From positions 1-38,475 of IMG/VR virus record IMGVR_UViG_3300005512_000110: 38,475 nucleotides of DNA. One strand, 5' to 3'. Below, one piece after another: positions 1-6,700 of the stretch (position 1 is the stretch's first letter; each line of letters starts with the position of its first letter). The DNA comes from a virus (taxonomy: Duplodnaviria; Caudoviricetes). The notes under the pieces are model-generated. The model was not told the origin of the DNA and ran no database searches. It worked only from the letters and a program-made list of their open reading frames with translations. A program made the position numbers and the translations under genes.

Positions 1-21
1 AGACGTGTGCTCTTCCGAGCT
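1..21. other. Illumina TruSeq adapter remnant (artefact)
   Basis: AGACGTGTGCTCTTCCGAGCT matches adapter ...AGACGTGTGCTCTTCCGATCT with one mismatch. Confidence 0.95.
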
Positions 22-45
22 GTCTAGGTGTTTCGGCTGTAGAGA

Positions 46-366
46 TTAAACCCCCCTACCCCAACCGCCGCCGTCTTGCGTTGCTGTCTTAACGCTATGG
101 TGCGCGTGACACAGGCTTTGCAGGTTGTCCGCGTCATCGGTGCCACCACTTGCGCGGGGCACTATGTGATCTACGTCTGTCGCTGGCTTGTTGCACCCGG
201 GCCACTGACACAGGGGGTAGCGTCGCAATTGCATCAACCTCAGTTTGCGCCACCGTGATCCGTAGCCACGCCGCGCAGCGCTGGGCCTATTGTCGCGCGG
301 TCGCTCATACTCAATGCCCTTGCGCTCTCTCTCAAGCTCGCTGTGTGTCTTGGCCTTGGTGGGCAT
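46..366 (-). CDS. HNH endonuclease, packaging-associated (HK97 gp74-like)
   Basis: RRGYGSRW...PLCQWPGC...ATDVDHIVPRASGGTDDADNLQSLCHAHHSVKT; lies at genome end. Confidence 0.9.
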   Translation of the reverse strand: MPTKAKTHSELERERKGIEYERPRDNRPSAARRGYGSRWRKLRLMQLRRYPLCQWPGCNKPATDVDHIVPRASGGTDDADNLQSLCHAHHSVKTATQDGGGWGRGV

Positions 367-1259
367 TACGATTGCAGCTTGATGTCTTCGATGACCGTGA
401 GGTTGCCATAGCTTAGCGTGACGATATCGCTCGTGCCGTCCAACACCGCCTCGATGTCGTACTCGTACACTTGGCCCGGTGTAAGCGATTTGGTCTGTGT
501 GCTGGTGAGGTCATCCACGCGCACAACCGCTGTGCCAGTTGGCGTAACAACGGTCATAGCCGCATCAGTGATGGCCATGGTCTTGGTGCGCTTATCACGC
601 ACGCTGAACTTGACAGCTGCGCTTGTCAGGTCTGGCCACGATGTAGATGACCACGTAAGCGCCCGAGTGGCATCGGTGCCGAGATAGTCGTCGCCGCGCA
701 CGATTGACACGTCGCCGGTATCAGCAACGGGCCCACTGTACGTCACATTGCCGGCGTTGATGAGGTCGGTCTTAGCTTTGATAGCATCTGCAACAGCGTC
801 CGTGGTTGCCAACGCTTCGGCAGTTGCCAGTAATGTTATGGCAGCCCGCTGGCGCTCCAAACTGTCTGTGGTCGCGTCGTAATCAGCGCCACCATCGTCA
901 TCTGCGATCTTTGCGAGGATGCCGGCGATGGTCGTAGCCCCGTCGATCGTTGGCGGCTCACCGACCCAACCACGGTCTGTGGCGACCTTGACCGGGATGA
1001 TTGCGATGTCCGACGTGCTGCTCACGCCACAGATGGTCACGAAATTGGCGTCCATCTCATCACCGGTCAGCGCGAGCTCGTATTCGCCCTTGCAGTTGGT
1101 CGCATCAACTTCGGCAGGGTTATTTGTCGCCTCTGCCGCCGCATCACCGTCCTTGATGACGTAGATGGTGTGGTTGGCGACGTCGCCGGTCTTTGGCGTG
1201 TTCGCGTCAGTGTCCCAGGCTGTGTAGTGGATCGTGAGCGCAGCGCCTTTGCGTGCCAT
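366..1259 (-). CDS. Virion structural protein with BppU-like C-terminal beta-sandwich
   Basis: Ala/Thr/Asp-rich; C-term IVRGDDY...DLTSAAVKFSVR...YEYDIEAV...GNLTVIEDI; start at ATG 1259 overlapping upstream stop. Confidence 0.55.
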   Translation of the reverse strand: MARKGAALTIHYTAWDTDANTPKTGDVANHTIYVIKDGDAAAEATNNPAEVDATNCKGEYELALTGDEMDANFVTICGVSSTSDIAIIPVKVATDRGWVGEPPTIDGATTIAGILAKIADDDGGADYDATTDSLERQRAAITLLATAEALATTDAVADAIKAKTDLINAGNVTYSGPVADTGDVSIVRGDDYLGTDATRALTWSSTSWPDLTSAAVKFSVRDKRTKTMAITDAAMTVVTPTGTAVVRVDDLTSTQTKSLTPGQVYEYDIEAVLDGTSDIVTLSYGNLTVIEDIKLQS

Positions 1260-2266
1260 CAGACACCTCCCATCATGTGCCCGGAACCGAGCAGCGGCCA
1301 CGGGATGCCACCTGCTGCAGCAGGAATCTCGTCGCACCCGATGTATGGTGGGTCGGCTCGCGTGTCGCCGTCGATGTCTGTGGTGATGCCCGGAATGGCG
1401 ACGCCTGTTCCGGCGTTCGCTTGGCCGGGGTTACAGTGCCAATCGGCGCCGTTGGTGACCAATAAGGTATTGTATGCCCCTGAATCATACTGACTATCTG
1501 TATCGCCACCAACCGTTGCGGCTGTGTTGTCTACGTCGAGGCAATGGTCGCAGGTGATGCTCGCGCCACCGATCGACGCGTAGCAGGTCATACCGGCGGG
1601 GCCTACGGTGACCGTTCCGGTCGCGTCGATAGCTCCGCCGTATTGCGCGCGGACTGCAGTGCCGTTGGCTTGTGGCTGATCAATGGTCGTGTCGTGAAGC
1701 GTGATCGTTGCGACGGCTCCGTATCCGACCGCGTCTACTGCGACGCCTGCGTTTACTGCCATCCGGAATACTGCGCAGTTTGTAAACGTGGCGGCCGCTC
1801 CGGTGCCGGCTGCGCCGAGCACCTGAATAGCGCTAAGGGTGTTATTCACCGCGCGGCTTACGATCAGGCAGTCGCGGAACTCGATGGTGTTGCCGGTGCT
1901 GGTCCTGCCCAATGCTACGGTGTGATTTGTTCCGTCGCTGCAGATCGCCATATTGTCAACGTGAAAATCCGTAGGCGTGACGCTCTGTAGCGAGATCCCG
2001 CCGTTGAGATATGCGACGCCTGCGGCGTCCCACGCTGCTGTGGTGTCGCTCGCTGTTGCGTGGCGGCTGGCTGGATCGCAGGTTAATCGGAGGGCGTTTG
2101 GGTTCGTCCAAATCACGACGCTGTTAATCGCTCCGCAGTCTCCGCTGGTTCCATCGTGGTAGCAGACGCCAGTCTGCGCGTCGCTCTGAATCGCTGCCCA
2201 CGCTGCCCATGCTCCGGCTGTTGGGTAGTCGCTGCCGACGGGCTTGTTGATGCTACTGGTGGCCAC
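1259..2266 (-). CDS. Putative beta-helix (pectin lyase-like) spike/fibre protein
   Basis: Beta-helix-like strands (IEFRDCLIV, ATFTNCAVF, ITLHDTTID); C-term TDIDGDTRADPPYIGCDE; GTG start after AGGAG. Confidence 0.5.
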   Translation of the reverse strand: MATSSINKPVGSDYPTAGAWAAWAAIQSDAQTGVCYHDGTSGDCGAINSVVIWTNPNALRLTCDPASRHATASDTTAAWDAAGVAYLNGGISLQSVTPTDFHVDNMAICSDGTNHTVALGRTSTGNTIEFRDCLIVSRAVNNTLSAIQVLGAAGTGAAATFTNCAVFRMAVNAGVAVDAVGYGAVATITLHDTTIDQPQANGTAVRAQYGGAIDATGTVTVGPAGMTCYASIGGASITCDHCLDVDNTAATVGGDTDSQYDSGAYNTLLVTNGADWHCNPGQANAGTGVAIPGITTDIDGDTRADPPYIGCDEIPAAAGGIPWPLLGSGHMMGGV

Positions 2267-2477
2267 GACCGCGCTCCTGCCCATTCTTACCGAGGTCGAT
2301 CTTCTTGCCCGCCGCTTTGAGGCGGGTCTGCTTGCTCTCTGCTCTGAGGGTGGCCTGCGTCGCGGGTTGTCCACTCGCGGCGAATGTTATGTCGACGTCT
2401 GCTGCCTTCACGCGGCGTGCCGGTCTGCCGGGCTGGAGCGGCCTCGCGCGCTTCGGTTTGAATGTAAACTTAGCCAT
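2253..2477 (-). CDS. Small basic hypothetical protein
   Basis: 74 aa Lys/Arg-rich ORF overlapping neighbours in the operon. Confidence 0.55.
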   Translation of the reverse strand: MAKFTFKPKRARPLQPGRPARRVKAADVDITFAASGQPATQATLRAESKQTRLKAAGKKIDLGKNGQERGRGHQ

Positions 2478-2730
2478 CGTAGAGACTCCGTTCGTCGTCT
2501 ACATCCTCAGGGTATGGGTTGTCGATGGGGCGGCTGTTGTTGGCGATGATCTTAGCTTCGAGTTCCGGGTCGTCGAGCTCTTCGACGATCCACCAGTCAT
2601 CGTCGGTGATCCCGGCGTAGCTATCCCACGGGAACCCTGGAAGGGCCGCCGTGATCGGCTGGTTGGTGGCTCGAAGTATCAGAATCTCAACGCTCATTTC
2701 AGTGCCTCGTAACATGCCCCAACACATCAT
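2470..2730 (-). CDS. Hypothetical acidic protein
   Basis: Tiles the operon; start may be the later Met (MSVEIL). Confidence 0.55.
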   Translation of the reverse strand: MMCWGMLRGTEMSVEILILRATNQPITAALPGFPWDSYAGITDDDWWIVEELDDPELEAKIIANNSRPIDNPYPEDVDDERSLYDG

Positions 2731-2948
2731 CCAGCCGTCGCTGCCACGTCACTCGATCGTTGAGACCCATGCGTAACCCATCCTGTTAGTTGTTGTATGC
2801 CGATTGGGCAGTGCTCAGCCTCCCACGCCGCTACCTCGTCAGCCAGGCGCGCCAGCTCGTCAGCCTCGGGCGTGCCGGGCTCTACGCCGATGAGCGCGTC
2901 CATCGTGTCCAACGCGTCCTCGTACTCGATCTGGTTGGCGATTGGCAC
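2727..2948 (-). CDS. HigA-like antitoxin N-terminal domain protein lacking the HTH
   Basis: IANQIEYEDALDTMDALIGVEPGTPEADELARLADEVAAWEAEHCPI resembles the N-terminus of YgjM-type HigA; ends at 73 aa. Confidence 0.6.
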   Translation of the reverse strand: MPIANQIEYEDALDTMDALIGVEPGTPEADELARLADEVAAWEAEHCPIGIQQLTGWVTHGSQRSSDVAATAG

Positions 2949-2984
2949 GCCTGCGCCTCCACCGCCTGATCCTCGGGCAGCGAC

Positions 2985-3176
2985 TCAGTTCGGCGTCGGT
3001 GACGGTGACCCGCCCCGCTCCCCCACCGCCGCCCGGACCACCGCCGCCACCTGCTCGGGCGTCCACGCCGGCGGGTAGCTCACGAGGATCGCGCGCTTGT
3101 CCACTGCGACCTGTTGGGGTGTCAGATGCCATGGGATCACCGTCACGCTGTCGCGTTGGGCTATGAGGGGCATTAT
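2985..3176 (-). CDS. Hypothetical protein
   Basis: MPLIAQRD... start overlaps upstream stop (ATGA). Confidence 0.4.
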   Translation of the reverse strand: MMPLIAQRDSVTVIPWHLTPQQVAVDKRAILVSYPPAWTPEQVAAVVRAAVGERGGSPSPTPN

Positions 3177-3511
3177 TGGTCCGGCCAGTACGCTGGCGAC
3201 GCCACCTGGTCGATGGTGTTGGTGTTGAGCGCGTAGCCCCAGTGGACCATACCGCATCGGCTACACCTGCCCCACATGATGGCATCACAATGCGTGGCTA
3301 CTGATGTCTGTGCCGCGATCTCTACCATGTTGGACAGGTGGACCGGCTCACTGGATGTGCACAAGAACGTGCACCAGCAAAGCGTTTTCGCGCGTGCGAC
3401 CTGCCCGTGGCACCGCCACCGCACCTCGCCATCCCGGTAGAGCGTGAGCAACTCATCGCCCACGCCCTCGACGCCATCGAGCTGTCGTGGCCGCTGGTCC
3501 ATGCTACTCAC
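3173..3511 (-). CDS. Hypothetical Cys/His-rich protein
   Basis: WRCH, LCWC, CSRC motifs; tiles the operon. Confidence 0.5.
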   Translation of the reverse strand: MSSMDQRPRQLDGVEGVGDELLTLYRDGEVRWRCHGQVARAKTLCWCTFLCTSSEPVHLSNMVEIAAQTSVATHCDAIMWGRCSRCGMVHWGYALNTNTIDQVASPAYWPDQ

Positions 3512-3869
3512 TCGGCTGCGTGGGGGGTGCGCCGTCAGCGTCGGCCGTCCCCTGCCCGCTCACGGCGACCGTGGGCACAACATTCGGGCCTGTCGCGCCA
3601 GCCTGCCCCTCGGCGGCGGGCTGGTTGGTGTTGGACTGGCTGATACCGGGCTCGCCGTCTGACGCGGAGATCTGGTCTGCCACGCTGTCCATGAGCTTCG
3701 GCAGCTCGCCGCCAGACTCAACCGTCAGCGTCTCGATGTACGGGCCCACGACATTAACCTGCCGCGTCTCGCCCTGCCCGATGCCGGATCTCTGCCCGAA
3801 CGAGTCGCAGCCAGCCAGCAGCGCCGGCACCCCGGCCACACACAGAATCAGTGTTCCAAGTTTCATCAT
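3504..3869 (-). CDS. Lipoprotein (possible spanin-like)
   Basis: MMKLGTLILCVAGVPALLAG-C signal peptide with lipobox; coupled to holin-like gene. Confidence 0.6.
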   Translation of the reverse strand: MMKLGTLILCVAGVPALLAGCDSFGQRSGIGQGETRQVNVVGPYIETLTVESGGELPKLMDSVADQISASDGEPGISQSNTNQPAAEGQAGATGPNVVPTVAVSGQGTADADGAPPTQPSE

Positions 3870-4042
3870 CGCTCCTTTGCGCGGCCCACCAGCAGGGCGG
3901 CGCGCTCGATCCAGCGGTAGTAGGTCGCCAGCCACGCATCGTCGCGCGGCGTCGGTGTCAGTGCGCAGATCGCAGACGCTGCGGCGTGCAGGCCCGCGAG
4001 TGCGCCGAGGATCGTAGCCCAGTTGTTTTCGAGCCATTCCAT
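3866..4042 (-). CDS. Holin-like small membrane protein
   Basis: MEWLENNWATILGALAGLHAAASAICALTPTPRDD: TM helix plus TPTPxDD motif typical of small phage membrane proteins. Confidence 0.55.
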   Translation of the reverse strand: MEWLENNWATILGALAGLHAAASAICALTPTPRDDAWLATYYRWIERAALLVGRAKER

Positions 4043-4189
4043 ATCAGCCGCCTCCAATCTCGCACATCCCGCCACCGCAACCGCAGCAGCCGCCGCACGT
4101 TGCGATGGCAAGCAACGCACACACCAGCAGGGCGGCAACCCATATGCGTATCAGTCGGTCGCGCATCGCGTAGCTCCTGCATCGCTGGC

Positions 4190-4223
4190 AAAAAGCGGCC
4201 CCTACCCGGTGGGGCGGGGGTCG
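4190..4223 (-). terminator. Putative intrinsic terminator after sigma gene
   Basis: Imperfect GC hairpin followed by CTTTTT on minus strand. Confidence 0.35.
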
Positions 4224-4232
4224 TGGGGCGCG

Positions 4233-4805
4233 TCAGTCATCGACGCCGCCTCGTATGAGCCCCTCCATTGCCTCGACCCGCTCACGCACAACCCCGATCA
4301 TCTGATCACGCAGGCGGTGCGCGTGGCGCTCTGAGCATTGTCGCAACGCAGCAATATCGCGCGTCGAGCCTCCGTCGATCAACACGTTAGCGATTTGGCG
4401 TTGATCCTCTGGCAGCCGCGCGATTGCAGCCCGCACCAGTCCGCGACATTCAGCGGCGATCAGCGAGCGTGGCGGGTCAGGATCTTCGCACGGCCGCTCG
4501 TCGGTTGGTTCGCACTCACCAAGTAGTTCAGTTGCCATTTCTAACCCGTAAAAATCACGCAACTCTCGCAGTATTGCATACTTGGCGCGTTCAATTGCGT
4601 GTGTTGACAGCTTGCCGCGCTCAACATCAAATGCGGCCACAGCCTCAGCGATACCGACGTGTGCCGCGCTGCGGATATCATCCAAGTCCACGCCCGGCAA
4701 CTCATCCAGCGCAACACCTGCGTGTGCCAGGCTTTCGCGCACTTGCTGTATGGCCCTTGTTGACCATGCCCCATACTCGCTAGCGGTTACGCATTTGACA
4801 TCCAT
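4233..4805 (-). CDS. Phage sigma-70 family RNA polymerase sigma factor (regions 2 and 4)
   Basis: Region 2-like DLDDIRSAAHVGIAEAVAAFDVERGKLSTHA; region 4-like AIARLPEDQRQI...STRDIAALRQCSERHAHRL; frame open to 4916, start uncertain. Confidence 0.75.
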   Translation of the reverse strand: MDVKCVTASEYGAWSTRAIQQVRESLAHAGVALDELPGVDLDDIRSAAHVGIAEAVAAFDVERGKLSTHAIERAKYAILRELRDFYGLEMATELLGECEPTDERPCEDPDPPRSLIAAECRGLVRAAIARLPEDQRQIANVLIDGGSTRDIAALRQCSERHAHRLRDQMIGVVRERVEAMEGLIRGGVDD

Positions 4806-4979
4806 GTCTATACATAGTCTACCAAAAATGACCCCAAACGGACACCGAAAACCACAAGATGTGCATTCTTTTTTCGTGCGTGCATACCAGATATGGGATA
4901 AGCTGGGCGCTTTCATGGATTTAGCACAGATTTGGTGCGGATTGCGAGCAAAAAAACTTGAGAAAATCTCTCATGGCAC

Positions 4980-5008
4980 TTGACATATTGTGCCGACGTC
5001 GGAATAAT
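4980..5008 (+). promoter_or_regulatory. Sigma70-type promoter with palindrome in spacer
   Basis: TTGACA(4980)-N17-AATAAT(5003); CCGACGTCGG at 4993-5002. Confidence 0.7.
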
Positions 5009-5026
5009 ATACACAGTGACACACGA

Positions 5027-5068
5027 GCCCGGCTGGTCGCTGGGCCCCAATAGGAGCTAGAGCCATGA
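5027..5068 (+). repeat. Leader repeat R1 copy 1 (hairpin + RBS + ATG)
   Basis: GCCCGGCTGGTCGCTGGGCC..AGGAGCTAGAGCCATGA; second copy at 5410-5449. Confidence 0.85.
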
Positions 5069-5382
5069 CCAAGCAGAGCACAGCAACGGGGCTGGCCATC
5101 ACCCTCCGCAGCCAGTTCCACAACACGTCGTGCAGGGTGCGGGTTCACGCCGACGGCACGCTCAGCGCCAGACAGATCGCCCGTGTCAGGCGCGAGAATT
5201 GTGGGCAGTCATATTGTGAGTGCGGCGGCATCCACGGGCCGCAATACCTGAACGATGGCCGCAAGATCATGCTTGAGCCACGGTGGGGCGCAGGCACCAA
5301 TGACGCGCCCAGCCGGTATGTTGTGCTGGTGCGGTCGGGGGACGGTGACTGGCAGCCGTTGCGTGTTGCGGAGCAATCATGA
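5065..5382 (+). CDS. Hypothetical early protein A
   Basis: AGGAG RBS; directly downstream of promoter; C-x4-C-x-C cluster. Confidence 0.7.
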   Translation: MTKQSTATGLAITLRSQFHNTSCRVRVHADGTLSARQIARVRRENCGQSYCECGGIHGPQYLNDGRKIMLEPRWGAGTNDAPSRYVVLVRSGDGDWQPLRVAEQS

Positions 5383-5400
5383 CCCACGACCTACTCACAA
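5379..5400 (+). repeat. Repeat R2 copy 1 (orphan first 22 nt of the HTH gene at 5697)
   Basis: ATGACCCACGACCTACTCACAA identical at 5697-5718. Confidence 0.85.
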
Positions 5401-5409
5401 ACAAAACCG

Positions 5410-5449
5410 GCCCGGCTGGTCGCTGGGCCAACAGGAGCTAGAGCCATGA
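5410..5449 (+). repeat. Leader repeat R1 copy 2
   Basis: Near-identical to 5027-5068. Confidence 0.85.
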
Positions 5450-5697
5450 ACGAGCAGAACATGAAGACCATTTACGGATTTGCGGTCATCAACCAGTGCC
5501 AGGACGGGATGGCCCGCCACAATGTCTGGAGCGTCCACCGTAGCCTCATCACAGCAAAAACAGCGTGTGCCCGGTACAACCGCGAGCACGCGCCAGCAGT
5601 CGCCTGCGCTGTTTCGGGCGAGTTCACGCGCGGGCAACGATGGGTGCATACCGATGATGCAAAGGACACGCGGCCGCGCGATGGGGGCGGTGAGTGA
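5446..5697 (+). CDS. Hypothetical early protein B
   Basis: AGGAG RBS within R1; 83 aa. Confidence 0.7.
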   Translation: MNEQNMKTIYGFAVINQCQDGMARHNVWSVHRSLITAKTACARYNREHAPAVACAVSGEFTRGQRWVHTDDAKDTRPRDGGGE

Positions 5698-5885
5698 TGA
5701 CCCACGACCTACTCACAACCCGAACGATCGCCGACCGCCTGGGCGTCACGCCACGTTGCGCGCTCGCCCGGGCGGCGGCGCGGGGGATCGCACCTGACCG
5801 CACCATCGGGCATACGCACTTATGGCGCCCTGACACCGTGCGCCGCCTCACACCGCGTCCCGTCGGCCGTCCCCCGGCTCGCTGA
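5697..5885 (+). CDS. Small HTH DNA-binding protein (MerR/excisionase-like)
   Basis: LLTTRTIADRLGVTPR...IGHTHLWRPDTVRRL. Confidence 0.65.
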   Translation: MTHDLLTTRTIADRLGVTPRCALARAAARGIAPDRTIGHTHLWRPDTVRRLTPRPVGRPPAR

Positions 5886-5894
5886 AAACCAACA

Positions 5895-5983
5895 CGCGCG
5901 CTTCTATTCTTCTCTTCTCTACTCTACTCTATTCTATTCTGTCTCGGAGCGCGCTCGGAGTCCGCTCGGAGCGTGCTCGGAGT
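5895..5983 (-). other. Intergenic putative replication origin: four iterons at 11-bp spacing plus 40-bp purine tract
   Basis: CTCGGAG at 5943, 5954, 5965, 5976; pyrimidine tract 5901-5940; inverted homologue of 12816-12902 in the initiator gene. Confidence 0.65.
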
Positions 5984-6030
5984 TGGCTATAACTTATTGT
6001 GTGGCAAGCACAACCGCACGCTAGCGCATG

Positions 6031-6059
6031 AAAAAACCGGCCATCACTCGATAGCCGGT
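6031..6059 (-). terminator. Intrinsic terminator of leftward regulator transcript
   Basis: Minus strand ACCGGCTATC-GAGT-GATGGCCGGT-TTTTT. Confidence 0.75.
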
Positions 6060-6162
6060 GTTGATCGTAGATAATCCGGTCCGATACGGGCTACTACCCC
6101 CACTGTACCCGCCCCCGCGCGCCCTCCCAAATCCCCGGAGAGCGCCCGCCGCCCCGCGCACA

Positions 6163-6438
6163 CTAGCTCGCACGGGGGCGTCGTTGTTTTCCGGGGCTGC
6201 CCCGGGCTTGGGGTTCGCGGTCTTTGTAACAGCCTTTTGACTCGCACATCACGCGCAGCACTGTGTCATCATCGGCGGGGAGCAGACCGAGTATCTGATT
6301 GCGCAGGATCGGCGGTTGTTGGCTGACCCACAACAGGATGCGCCCAAGCATCTCCTGTTGAGGTATTCCCAACTCCTCTTTCATTTGATCGAGGAGCTGT
6401 TTGCCGGCGACCGTGATAGGTGCGGTGGTTTTGGCCAC
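6163..6438 (-). CDS. Putative small repressor (RHH-like), probably leaderless
   Basis: GTG 7 nt below the -10 box; beta-strand then two helices (KTTAPITVAGKQLLDQMKEELGIPQQEMLGRILLW); divergent from early operon. Confidence 0.55.
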   Translation of the reverse strand: MAKTTAPITVAGKQLLDQMKEELGIPQQEMLGRILLWVSQQPPILRNQILGLLPADDDTVLRVMCESKGCYKDREPQARGSPGKQRRPRAS

Positions 6439-6444
6439 GGGACC

Positions 6445-6473
6445 AGTGTAGGAAACCGCGCTATAGCGGTCAA
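6445..6473 (-). promoter_or_regulatory. Leftward sigma70 promoter
   Basis: TTGACC-N17-TACACT on minus strand; palindrome CGCTATAGCG at 6459-6468. Confidence 0.7.
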
Positions 6474-6505
6474 GGAAACTTTTTGCAAAAAAAGTGGCCA
6501 AGGGG

Positions 6506-6534
6506 TTGACAAGGTAGCCGATGGTAGCCATAAT
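6506..6534 (+). promoter_or_regulatory. Rightward early sigma70 promoter
   Basis: TTGACA-N17-CATAAT; direct repeat GGTAGCC at 6513 and 6523. Confidence 0.8.
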
Positions 6535-6565
6535 ACAACCAGACGCTGACAACGAGGACAGCACG

Positions 6566-6700
6566 ATGACCCGGTGGCACGGCGACAACACGAACACAAA
6601 CACCCGCGAGCAGGGAGGCCGCCACCGCCTCTCTGCTCGCTCCTCGCGCCGCCCGCCCTCTGATGGGGGAGGGCGGTTGTTATTTGGGAGTCACGGATGA
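6566..6700 (+). CDS. Possible 44-aa leader peptide
   Basis: GAGG RBS; spans two hairpins; TGA overlaps ATG of next gene. Confidence 0.35.
   Translation: MTRWHGDNTNTNTREQGGRHRLSARSSRRPPSDGGGRLLFGSHG

Noticed and set aside
5027-5718. Integron attC cassette array
   Set aside because: No integron integrase and no attC structure; the repeats are a leader/RBS and a gene-start stub.
5697-5885. Excisionase implying an integration module
   Set aside because: No integrase or att site identified; treated as a generic HTH protein.
5901-5983. CRISPR array or microsatellite
   Set aside because: Units are 5 and 11 bp with no unique spacers and no cas genes; better explained as iterons plus a purine tract.
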